64,000 nucleotides of DNA from Chlorokybus atmophyticus (lineage: Eukaryota > Plantae > Mesostigma and Chlorokybus algae): NCBI GenBank assembly GCA_009103225.1, contig RHPI01000277.1, forward strand, positions 518,074 to 582,073, written 5' to 3'. Numbering within the stretch: the first letter of the stretch is position 1; each line of letters begins with the position of its first letter. The notes beneath the pieces are model-generated. The model ran no database searches. It was given only the letters and a program-made list of their open reading frames with translations, and had not been told where the DNA came from. Of the stretch, positions 39,261-50,420 are shown in pieces. The position numbers and the translations under genes were made by a program.

Positions 39261-40650
39261 TGTTACGGTCTAGCTACTACAGCTGGTCATGTACAGTGTA
39301 TATATAAGTTGAATTAGCGAGAGACAAAAGTTTAATGAACCTTGGTTGGATTATTTTGGTTTGTTATACAAGCTTTAACACGAATACAATGCAACGCTAA
39401 TTATAGGCCTGGCTAGTTAGAGCATTTGCATCTAATTAGAAGTGGTTGACTAGGAATTACCCTATTCATGAATGTATGGGCGTCTTGAGTAGGAAGATAA
39501 AAGCACATGGCTCTAGTATAATGATTTATTAACGCGATGTGGGCTTATGGGGCCAATCGTGTGAAACATCATAGGCAGAAGCATGTGTAATTATAAGGTT
39601 CATCTAGGCCAATCCAAGGCGGCTTATTTGGATCAGATGAATAGAGCGAAGTAGTCTCTCTTAGGGTGAACAAAAAGGACTTCGCGAAATGAGTTCGCGA
39701 AGGGGTTGATTCACCTGCGAAGTGAATCAACATAGTGAGCTAAATTAGTTCACTAGTTCAGTTACGAACATGAACTAAAATAGTTCACTAAGGGTTCGTA
39801 AGTGAACTAAAATAGTTCATTGGTTCAGTTACGAACATGAACTAAAAGTAGACATGAACTAAAAGTAGACATGAACTAAAAGTAGTTCACTAAGGGTTCG
39901 TAAGTGAACTAAAATAGTTCATTGGTTCAGTTACGAACATAAACTAAAAGTAGTTCAGTAAGGGTTCGAAGTGAACTAAGTGAACTAAGTGGACTAAGTG
40001 AATCACCCTAATTTGAAAGGACTAATAGAAGAGGGAGCCAATAGTGAATCACTGGTGAACTAAGTTAGTTCACTAATGGAGTGATTCATAAAGCCGACAG
40101 GGTAGTGAACTAAAGTTGATTCACTAGTGAATCAACTATTAGATCACTTCGCGACGCGACGTCGCGACAGAAAATCGGCTAAGGCATTTGCCCCCTCCCG
40201 CGTGTGCCGATACGCAGCGCGTGACAGCGCCGTCTGCCATGGCCGCAAGCACAAAAATCGCGGATTGGCATTATTGGTCACTTTGCTGAATGCCAGTGAA
40301 CTAATGCCGAGTGAACTAAACTAATCACTTGGGTGAGTGAATGGGGATCTGGTAGAGGGCTTTGAACCAAGTAGGTCTTAGCCAAGATAGTTCCTAGTAA
40401 AGCTCATGGCGATGGATTTCGCCATTAAAAAGGAGCCAGTCGCGGGTGGAGGGTAGCCGCCGCACGACTTGAGTTCTGGGCTTTTGGGACTAAGGTAGGG
40501 GTACCTAAGCTAGGTGACCATAACCCTTAAGTTGCCAAGTAGTTGTTCACTCAACGAAAGGTGGTTAAGGGAGTGTACAGTCACTACATGTTAAGTGTGT
40601 GATCACTGTACATAGTTTTAAGTGATAATTACCCCCCGCCCGGCGTAACA
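39261..40650 (+). repeat. Chromovirus 5' LTR with internal subrepeat array
   Basis: Direct repeat of 45886-47871, apart from the TRIM insertion and indels. Confidence 0.95.
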
Positions 40651-40740
40651 GCTGGTATCGGAGCTTGGACATACGATTTTGAACCACTCAGGCTGTGGTT
40701 TGGGGCCACTTTGATTCGGAAATTAGCGCTTCCGAAGTGC

Positions 40741-41973
40741 ATGCCGAAACAACGCCGGATTGGACATTATCACAAGTGGCGTGAGACTTTTAGTAGTAGC
40801 GCCAGTGAAGAGGATTACCGCGAAAAAAAAGCCTACTTCGAAGAAAAAAGGCTAGTCGCGGCAATGGCGGATCAGGCGGAAGCTTCGGATCCACCGATTC
40901 CCCAGCTAGGGAAAAAGATGGAACGAAGAATAGCCGAGTTGTCGCCGAAGTACAAGAAAATAGCCTTGGCTTGTTGCAAAGAGGGCAAAAAGGCCAAGCA
41001 AGGCATCTTGAGGCTAGTGAAGAACCTCGAGAAGAATGAGGAGGAGCTCACGCACCTCCGTGTCCTTGGGGAGCAGAAGATGAAAGAACTCGAGGACAAA
41101 ATAGACTCGGTCCAAGTAGGACCAAGTACCAAGTTTCTAAAAATTCCCCCGGCATGGACAGGCAAAAAAGGGGAGGATATAGACGCTTGGTGGAACCAAG
41201 TCGAAGTGACTTTGGCTACGGTTCCAGAAAGGCAAAGGTTGGGTTTTGCCGCGGGATACTTAGGTCCAGAACCACTTCAGTTGTGGAAGGACCATAGGTC
41301 TCATTTGGTTGAGCCCACCTTTGAATCCCTGAAGGAGTTTTTGTTTAGCCAATATAGGACAGTGGACCCCGGGCTTGATGCCAGGGATAAGCTATCCGAT
41401 TTGAAACAATCGGGCAAGTTGATCACGGAATTTGTGAGCCAATTCAACCTGTTAGCGGCTCAAGCTGCAAATGGGGGAAGGCCACTAAGCCTGATTGAGA
41501 AGGCCAACCTATTCATTCGAGCCTTGGATTCTAAGCTCCAAAAGCAACCAGATATCATGAGGTTGCAAAAGACCAATATAGAGTGGACTCAGGAGAAGTT
41601 CACGGAGCTTGAGAATACGGCGAGATGGGTCGGCCGGAATTTGGCTAGCATTAACAAAAGGGATAGAGAAGAGGGTGGAGACAAATCCGGGGGAGGAAAG
41701 GGAAAGAAAAGAAAAGGATTTGCCCCTCAATCGGAGATGGAAAGTCCGGTTGAAAAGGAGAAGTCTTCAAAGACCCCTCTAAAGAAAAAGGGTAAAAAGC
41801 CGTTTGGCAAGAAACCCTTTAAGCCAGCCTACCAGGGCAAGGCAAGACTCTCCAGTGAAGAGAAGGAGAGAAGAGCTCGGGAAGGTTTATGCTTCATTTG
41901 TGGCGAAAAGGGGCATATAGCCTCCAAGTGCCCGAAGAAGGGAGCAAAGCCAACCGAGGATCCCACCAAGTGA
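40741..41973 (+). CDS. Chromovirus Gag
   Basis: Open frame with a retrotrans_gag-like core (DAWW...FESLKEFL...DARDKLSDLKQSGK...FVSQFN), Lys-rich linker and CCHC knuckle CFICGEKGHIASKC. The start codon is uncertain. Confidence 0.9.
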   Translation: MPKQRRIGHYHKWRETFSSSASEEDYREKKAYFEEKRLVAAMADQAEASDPPIPQLGKKMERRIAELSPKYKKIALACCKEGKKAKQGILRLVKNLEKNEEELTHLRVLGEQKMKELEDKIDSVQVGPSTKFLKIPPAWTGKKGEDIDAWWNQVEVTLATVPERQRLGFAAGYLGPEPLQLWKDHRSHLVEPTFESLKEFLFSQYRTVDPGLDARDKLSDLKQSGKLITEFVSQFNLLAAQAANGGRPLSLIEKANLFIRALDSKLQKQPDIMRLQKTNIEWTQEKFTELENTARWVGRNLASINKRDREEGGDKSGGGKGKKRKGFAPQSEMESPVEKEKSSKTPLKKKGKKPFGKKPFKPAYQGKARLSSEEKERRAREGLCFICGEKGHIASKCPKKGAKPTEDPTK

Positions 41974-44900
41974 CGGTGTGGGGTGGTTGCTTGTATAGGA
42001 ACGGCGCCAAAGGAGCAAAGTAGTGGGCGACTTGAGAACAATAGTTGTATAGCTACAACGATGAAGTTGCCTATGAAATGCGATGTTTGTTTTAGGAATG
42101 AGTTTGGAGATTTGCCAAGAATTAATTCACTTGAGGTAGGGCACGAGCGAATTCTCATATGCGTGCCGCTTCGTGAGTTAACAAGTACTTTGACAAATTA
42201 TTGGCAACTAAAGCAAACTAACCCCGAAATTAAGGCGTGTGTTCTAACACCTAAATATTATGGTAAGTGGAAAAGGTTGTTAGGCGGTATGCGCCGTATG
42301 GGCACATTACCAAGGGCCAAATCACCTTTTGCCACTGACTTGCAAATATGGTGTGATGATGCAAGTGATCGCCGAGGTTCACAAATAAATCCTAGGCTAA
42401 GTATGGTCTTCGATGCATTAGTGAATGAGAGGGCGTGTGGTGTCTTAGTTGACACTGGTGCCTTAGAAAATTTCGTAAGTGCCGAATTGGCAAAAAGGGT
42501 CTCGGCCACCATTGAAACTACCAATGCTAGGGCAAGCCTAGTAGGTGAGTTACATTGTGAAGTAAGTGGCGTGACAGAGTTGCTAATTCGAATGGGGGAT
42601 TATAGGACCAAAATTAAGCTGTATGTGGTCAAGTCCCTTATTCCAGGCATAGACGTGATATTAGGTGATAGTTGGCAAAAGCACGTGAAGTTAGAATTAA
42701 CAAGCGTGCCACCTTCTATTACAATCACACAAGGTGACAAGCGTTTTGCTTTGACACCTAGTAGGAACCGTAAGCCTAACAGAAGGAGTAAACCCACCAT
42801 TGACCCAGTTGATCAATGGTTAAAGGGTGACTCCAAATTGGCTGTAGGTTGCCTAAGTATAGTGGGGGACTTGGAAGAGTCAAGTGAAATTGATTGGGAA
42901 AAGGTACACCCGGTGGTGAGGGAGTTTATGGATATATTCTCCGCGGATCTACCAAGTGCACCGGCAAATAGGTTTGTGTCCCATTTAATCCCACTAAAGA
43001 AAGGGGCTGGGCCTCCGCCGATAAGGCCAATATATAGGCTAAGTCCCAAGGAACGAGACGAAGCAAAGAAGCAGGTGGACTATCTCCTAGAAAGGGGTTT
43101 GATAGTCGAATCGCAAAGCCCCTATTCGGCTAATGTAATTTTTGCCGAAAAGAAGGGAGGCAAGCTCCGAATGTGTGTTGATTATAGGTCATTAAATGCA
43201 CAAACGGTGATGAATGCCTTTCCCTTACCGCGTTTGGATGATTTGTATGATCAACTAGTTGGGAAGTCGTGGTTTAGCACCCTCGACCTAACTAGTGGTT
43301 ATCATTAAATACCTATCGCGATAGAAGATAGGTATAAAACCGGGTTTAAAACCTATATGGGTCATTATGAATATACGGTGATGCCATTTGGCTTGTGCAA
43401 TGCGCCGGCCACATTCCAAGCGGTAATGAATGAAGTATTTAAAGAGGAGGTAGGGAAATTCGTCCTAGTGTACTTGGATGATGTTATTGTATTTTCAAGT
43501 ACAAAAGAGGAACATGTGCTTCATTTACGAAAAGCCTTGAGTAGGCTAAGGGAGCATAAGTTCTTGGCGAATATCAAGAAATGTGACTTCTTTGCTATGG
43601 AAGTAGAGTACTTGGGTAATATTGTGAGTGAAGAAGGAATAAAAGGCGATCCAAAGAAACTCGAAAGGGTTAAAGACTGGGCAGTTCCAAAGAATGTAAC
43701 GGAGTTACAGAAATTCTTGGGTTTTTGCCTATGGTTCCGCCGTTTTATTTTAGGCTATTCAATTATAGCCGCCCCACTCACTACTTTGACAAGTACCCGA
43801 AACCCCTTCGAATGGGGTCCTAAGGAGCAACAAGCCTTTGAGAGGCTTAAGGCTGCTATGACCTCACTTCCGGTATTGAAGTTGCCGGAAATGGACAAGC
43901 CATTTGAGGTAATAAGTGATGCCTCTTTGGCAGGAACCGGGGCTATACTAGTGCAAGAGGGGCATCCAGTAGCCTTTGAGAGTTTCAAGTATAAGCCCGC
44001 GGAGAAGGAATACTCGACCACCGATCAAGAATTATTAGGTGTTGTGAAGGCGTTGCATAGATGGAGGTGTTACTTGGAGGGGAGGCATTTTAAGGTGATA
44101 ACAGATCACAACCCCTTGGTACACCTAAATACGCAACCTAATTTGTCGCGACGCCAAGTAAGGTGGCATGAGTATTTGGTGCGATATGATTTTGATTGGG
44201 AATATAGGCCAGGTAGGATAAATGCGGCAGATCCTTTAAGTAGGCATCCCGCATTATCCGAGGATTTGGCGTTACTTGCATTGGATTATGTGAGTGATAT
44301 TCCTAACCAAATGATCGCAAGTTATACTAATTGCCCGGAGTTCCTTTTGGAGTTCAACCAAGTGTTAAAACCACATGGGGCATTTTGGTATAAAGATGAA
44401 GAAAAGATTGCGGTTCCAATGGATGGGTCACTTAGGTCAAAGGTGATTACAGAATCACATAATCCCCCTTACCGTGGCCATTTTGGTATAAGGAAAACTA
44501 CCGAGTCTTTGGCTAGGAGGTATTGGTGGCCGACCTTAAGAGTGGATGTTGAAAGCTTTGTAAAGAATTGTGACTCATGCCAAAGGAATAAATCCGTAAG
44601 GGCAAAACCGGCCGGGAAGTTACAACCTTTGTCCATACCAGAGGGGGCTTGGAAGTCAATGTCTGTTGACTTCATAGTCCAATTACCTAGAACGGTAAAA
44701 GGGAATAATGGAATGGTTGTATTTGTAGACCGGTTTAGTAAGGTTGTTCACTTAGAACCAACTCCTCCAAAATTTACGGGCGAGGATTTTGCCCATGCCT
44801 TTTTCAGGAGATGGTACTCACAACATGGGATGCCCGTGGATATGATTTCGGATAGGGATTCGCGGTTCACTTCCGCCTTTTGGCGTGAGTTATGTGATAC

Positions 44901-45726
44901 ATTAAATTTGGATAATAAGTTATCCACCGCGTTTCATCCTCAAACAGATGGGCAAACCGAGCGTGTGAATCAGACAGTGGAACAACTATTGAGGCATTAC
45001 TCACTAAAGAATATTAGAGATTGGGATACATATCTCCCTTTCGTTGAGTATGCCATCAATGATTCAGTGAATGAGTCAACGGGGATGACACCATTTTATA
45101 TTGGTTATGGCCGCCATCCATTGAGTCCAGTTGAGGCTTTAATGGAGAATATGGGGGCTAGGAAAAGAGTCAACCCCTCGGCTCAAATTTTGGCTCAACG
45201 ATTAGGGCAGGTGCAAAATGAGGCCAAGAGGGCCTTACTAGCAACCCAAAATCGTATGCGTCAATATGCCGATGCCAAGAGGGCAGAGGCCGTGTTTGAA
45301 GTGGGACAAGAAGTCCTACTTAGCACAAAGAATGTGAGGATGGAGTCTCTCGATGGGGCCCGAAAACTATTACCCCGATGGCTTGGACCATTTAAGGTAG
45401 TAGAAAAGATAGGGGCTGTGGCATTCAAGTTAGAATTGCCACCGAGTCTTAAGATACATAATGTATTTCATGCCTCGCTATTGAGAGCCTATCACTCAGA
45501 TGGGTCGGTGCAGCCACCACCACCCCCAATGTTTATAGAAGGAGATTGGGAGTATGAAGTGGAGGGTATAATAACCCACAAAGGCCGGAAAGGCAGATCT
45601 CCCAGTTACTTTGTGAAATGGAAGGGTCATCCGTTCGAAGCATGTGAATGGGTTGACGAACCTAACATGCGAGCACCACTTCTGATAAAGAAATATTGGA
45701 GGGAGCTAACGGTTGCCCAAAGATGA
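41974..45726 (+). pseudogene. Chromovirus Pol (PR-RT-RH-INT-chromodomain) with one in-frame nonsense codon
   Basis: LVDTGA; LDLTSGYH*I (TAA 43306-08 where CAA is expected); YLDD; ISDASLAG; H...H/C..C zinc finger; VDF...DRD; GQTERVN; GPF; C-terminal chromodomain YEVEGI...YFVKWKG...EW. Confidence 0.93.
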
Positions 45727-45885
45727 AGTCCATGAAGGTCCATTTCTGAAGATATATATTTTCCGCCTTTAGAAGTAGTTCCACGTTTTGACCTATCAAG
45801 TTACTGATCATGGCTTGTTTCCCTAGGTTTGAAAGCGTGGAGAAAGAAATTGAGCAGAGACGCTCAATAGCTAAAGGGGGGGCAT

Positions 45886-47871
45886 TGTTACGGCCTAGCT
45901 ACTACAGCTGGTCATGTACAGTGTATATATAAGTTTAATTAACGAGAGACAAAAGTTTAATGAACCTTGGTTGGATTATCTTGGTTTGTTATACAAGCTT
46001 TGAAGGCGTGTGTTTGTGTTTGAGCTTTAACACGAATACAATGCAACGCTAATTATAGGCCTGGTGTAACGGGAAGGTACATTAAATTACCACAAATCGA
46101 CCATAAAAGCACCAAGTCTTTTGTGGTCGAGTGGGCTGTGACATTGGTATCGGAGCTTGAGACCCGGGTTCGATTCCTGCCTGCACACGAATTCCGCGGT
46201 CGTTGTTTCTCGATCCAATAATCGTAAATGGTCACTTTATGAGTGCCATCATCGATGGGTCGCGACCTGCCTAATGGCAGTCGCGCCGAAGTGACCTGAC
46301 CAGTTCAGTCGGCGCGGCAGGGCGCGACCTGCCTATCGCGGCGACGCGACCTGTGGGGCCGGCAGCGGAGCGCTATGCGCGCGTTGACCGGTATGGGCCT
46401 ATATTGGCCGGTCCTTGGCTGTGGGGCCGGTGACCGACCCTAACAAACCCCTTGGGTAATTCCCCAGCTGACCGCGCAGCTGCCGAGGACGTCAGCGTTC
46501 TTAAGTGGGGGGGAATGTAACGGGAAGGTACATTGAATTACCACAAATCGACCATAAAAGCACCAAGTCTTTTGTGGTCGAGTGGGCTGTGACACCTGGC
46601 TAGTTAGAGCATTTGCATCTAATTAGAAGTGGTTGACTAGGAATTACCCTATTCATGAATGCATGGGCGTCTTGAGTAGGAAGATAAAAGCACATGGCTC
46701 TAGTATAATGATTTATTAACGCGATGTGGGCTTATGGGGCCAATCGTGTGAAACATCATAGGAAGAAGCATGTGTAATTATAAGGTTCATCTAGGCCAAT
46801 CCAAGGCGGCTTATTTGGATCAGATGAATAGAGCGAAGTAGTCTCTCTTAGGGTGAACAAAAAGGACTTCGCGAAATGAGTTCGCGAAGGGGTTGATTCA
46901 CCTGCGAAGTGAATCAACATAGTGAGCTAAATTAGTTCACTAGTTCAGTTACGAACATGAACTAAAATAGTTCACTAAGGGTTCGTAAGTGAACTAAAAT
47001 AGTTAACTGGTTCAGTTACGAACATGAACTAAAAGTAGTTCACTAAGGGTTCGTAAGTGAACTAAAATAGTTCATTGGTTCAGTTACGAACATGAATTAA
47101 AAGTAGTTCACTAAGGGTTCGTAAGTGAACTAAAATAGTTCATTGGTTCAGTTACGAACATAAACTAAAAGTAGTTCAGTAAGGGTTCGAAGTGAACTAA
47201 GTGAATTAAGTGGACTAAGTGAATCACCCTAATTTGAAAGGACTAATAGAAGAGGGAGCCAATAGTGAATCACTGGTGAACTAAGTTAGTTCACTAATGG
47301 AGTGATTCATAAAGCCGACAGGGTAGTGAACTAAAGTTGATTCACTAGTGAATCAACTATTAGATCACTTCGCGACGCGACGTCGCGACAGAAAATCGGC
47401 TAAGGCATTTGCCCCCTCCCGCGTGTGCCGATACGCAGCGCGTGACAGCGCCGTCTGCCATGGCCGCAAGCACAAAAATCGCGGATTGGCATTATTGGTC
47501 ACTTTGCTGAATGCCAGTGAACTAATGCCGAGTGAACTAAACTAATCACTTGGGTGAGTGAATGGGGATCTGGTAGAGGGCTTTGAACCAAGTAGGTCTT
47601 AGCCAAGATAGTTCCTAGTAAAGCTCATGGCGATGGATTTCGCCATTAAAAAGGAGCCAGTCGCGGGTGGAGGGTAGCCGCTGCACGACTTGAGTTCTGG
47701 GCTTTTGGGACTAAGGTAGGGGTACCTAAGCTAGGTGACCATAACCCTTAAGTTGCCAAGTAGTTGTTCACTCAACGAAAGGTGGTTAAGGGAGTGTACA
47801 GTCACTACATGTTAAGTGTGTGATCACTGTACATAGTTTTAAGTGATAATTACCCCTCGCCCGGCGTAACA
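45886..47871 (+). repeat. Chromovirus 3' LTR (carries the TRIM insertion)
   Basis: Matches the 5' LTR, with an extra 27 bp near its start, more subrepeat sequence and the TRIM. Confidence 0.95.
46065..46594 (+). mobile_element. TRIM (miniature non-autonomous LTR element), 530 bp
   Basis: 79-bp LTRs TGTAAC...GTGACA at 46065-46143 and 46516-46594 (one mismatch), PBS TGGTATCGGAGC, G-rich PPT before the second LTR, 5-bp TSD CCTGG and no ORF. Confidence 0.95.
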
Positions 47872-48418
47872 ATGTGCTGCAGATGCTCGTCGTTACTGCG
47901 GCTGAAGATGAGAATGTCGTCAATGTAGCATCGCGCAAAGTCCAGCCCCCTCAAGGCTTTGTCCATGACGCGCTGGAACTTGGCAGGAGCGTGCTTCAGT
48001 CCGAAGGGTATGACCTTCCACCGGTACAGCTGCCGGTTGCCCCAGAAAGAGGTCTTGTGCTTGTCCTCCTCCTTGATGGCGATCTGGTTGTACCCTTGTC
48101 GCATATCCAGGATGCTGACGACGGTGCAGTCTCTTACATCATCAAAGATACCCTCTGCAGTAGGCATTGGATACCTGTCTTGTTTGGTCTTGTTGTTGAG
48201 GGGGCGATAGTCGCCGCACATGCGCCGGTCTGTCAGTTGCCTGCCGAATCCTTCTTTAGAGGCATGACGGTCGCGGCCGCAAAGTCCGGTGTGGACTCTT
48301 CAATCAGGCCTGCATCTAGCAGAGCCTTGCACCTCTGCTCCACCAAGTCTTCTTCCAACTTGGAGAGTCGGTATTGTCGTCGAAACACCGGTTCGGTGTC
48401 CACCAACTCGATGTCCAT
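47872..48418 (-). pseudogene. Reverse transcriptase of the outer element (frameshifted, interrupted)
   Basis: QYRLSKLEED, RMCGDYRPLN, LDMRQGYNQI, PFGLKHAPAKFQR, YIDD; continues at 39260 beyond the chromovirus. Confidence 0.92.
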
Positions 48419-48739
48419 ATAAGTAAACTGAGCAAACGCCTAGTTCATTTCATACGTTGAAACTGAACTGCCTTCTCCACTTGTTGAGGAGAGCCTCTAG
48501 TTGTTCTCATATCTGGCCTGTAGCCAGTGGTCCAATGGCATGGGACCAAGAGGTGGCGTTGGCGACCACTGGGATGTCCTCCACAGTGACTGTTGCCTGC
48601 TCCTCCATATGGGCGATTTCGAGGGCGGTGTGTGCCGCTTTGGTCTCTTGCACGAAATCGGCCCACCCCCCCGCCAGGTGTTCGAGCTCCTGAAAGGACA
48701 CATGGCGGACTTGGAGAGCAAAGCACATTTTATATAACC

Positions 48740-49680
48740 ATACCATACTGTTCTGATCCAGGCGCGTCCTAACAATTGGCATTGCTGACTGTCGGTCAGC
48801 GTGGAACATTATACTGCCTGGAGAGAAGCCCATGGCGCGTTCGCGCTCACGTGCGTTGGGTTCCTCCAGCTGGCCTGTGTTGGAATCCAACACCATGCCT
48901 GCGCTGTGGTTGCGGAAGGTGTATGATCCTGAGCAAGACATTGGAGTGGGGAGCGCACGACGTGGTTGACCAGGCTGGTTGCACTGGTAGAAGTGCTGGT
49001 GATTGTGTCAGGTGATTGGTTGTGATGTGCGCCCGAAGTCCAGGATAGCGTCAACGGTCAGATCGCGTGGACGACTGCTGTGTAGATATTCAGCAGCGAA
49101 GAGATCTTCAACTGTTGCCAGGTTGGTCCACTTGGCGCGAACGCGATCAGCATGGGAGCCATACCACGCTGCGCTGATTCTGAGAGGATGTCCTAGTAAA
49201 GAAGACACCTATTGGAAGCTGTTGGCCACGTGATGGCGCTTATCATCCTCGGAGTGCACATTCTCGATGATGTATCCTGGACAGCTGGCTGCTCTGCAGG
49301 ATTTTGATGACACGCATCAGTTCCCAGAACAGTCGTGAGCGAGGATCAGCGAGTCCTTGGCCGCTGCATGCTTTGGAGTGTCCTTGACACTCCCATCCTG
49401 CTATCAGCAGGACGATGTTGCCCATTGCTAGGAGGTGATCCGCAGTGATTAAACGGATGTCCTGTGGCAGTGCCTTCAAACTGCCTTGCAGTGCCGATAG
49501 CGGCAGTCGCTGCGGGTAGCATTTGTGTAGGTGGCGCAGGTGGTGGCCCAGGGCAATCTGTGCGTGCGGATCAGGGTCACAGTAGAAGTACTTGGTGACC
49601 GTTGCACTGGTGTTGAGAACAGCGGCGAGGCCACTACCTATTCCTCCAAATAGTTTTAACACGGTGATGCCTTGTTGGCG
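48740..49680 (-). pseudogene. C5-cytosine DNA methyltransferase domain within pol
   Basis: Motif I LFGGIG, motif IV GWECQGHS (Cys retained), GLADPRSRLFWE, motif VI YIIENV, motif VIII GSHADRVRAKWTNL and motif X region EPNARERERAMG; several frameshifts. Confidence 0.88.
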
Positions 49681-50199
49681 ACGGAATATGTGAAACTCCA
49701 CTACTCCAGTGGCCACGTGGTGTGAAGTGAGCCGTGGTCTGATCAGTAGTAGATGTACGACCACCTATACGCGCCAGCGGCGTTCCGCTGGTTTCTGGTG
49801 GGCCACTTCTTCAGTGGCATCTTCCTAAGACTCGTCATATGGGATAGGAGAGTCTTGGTCCGAGTTGTGGGTGACCACCGCATATGATCTGTCAATGGTT
49901 GTCGAACCCAACCTGTGGGTGGCTGTCGCAGCTGACCTGTTAGTGGTTGCCGACAACGACCTGTAGGTGGCTGTTGCAGCTGACCTCCGATGTGGACAAA
50001 TGCGAGCCACCAGTTTGAGAGGCATATATCCTTGAACCTCTCCGTCCTCCTCATCCCAATGAGGACGAAACCATGCCTTTTCTGTCTAGCAGTCCAGCTC
50101 CATGCCAACAGAGAAGTTGAGAGCCTGTCCCAACAACAAGTCGAAGGATCCTCCGTCGGTGACCACACACTTTTGACCTCGGTGCTGTGGGACGAGTCC

Positions 50200-50420
50200 A
50201 CTCCTGTCAAGCGAATGCAAAGGGCTTGCTTGGTGATGCCAAGCACCTTGTCACGGCTGCCGGTTGCGGTGTCGAGCACGTATGGGCACGGCATCAGCTT
50301 AGCGCTGGTGATGCCAAGGTCACGTCGTGCAAGGTAACGTCCAATGATGACAGGCTGGGCTCCGGATTCCAGCATCACCCGCTTGGGTGCTCGTCCATTG
50401 ATAGTGACATGCTTGCCTTG
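50200..50420 (-). pseudogene. Retropepsin-like protease of the outer element
   Basis: INGRAPKRVMLESGAQPVIIG (degenerate D-S-G). Confidence 0.65.

Larger units (their letters stand above)
39261..47871 (+). mobile_element. Chromovirus (Ty3/Gypsy) LTR retrotransposon inserted in the outer element's RT
   Basis: LTRs TGTTAC...GTAACA at 39261-40650 and 45886-47871, 5-bp TSD ATGTG (39256-60, 47872-76), PBS TGGTATCGGAGC (40653-64), PPT AAAGGGGGGG (45873-82), and gag-PR-RT-RH-INT-chromodomain. Confidence 0.97.

Noticed and set aside
38703-39317. 204-aa + strand ORF (and other antisense ORFs over genes and TEs)
   Set aside because: It is the antisense shadow of the integrase-tail region and has no recognisable motifs.
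39745-39990. CRISPR-like array in the LTR subrepeats
   Set aside because: The units are tandem without unique spacers, lie inside eukaryotic LTRs, and there are no cas genes.
46117-46190. Functional tRNA gene
   Set aside because: D- and T-arm motifs are present, but the acceptor and anticodon stems do not pair; it is part of the TRIM.
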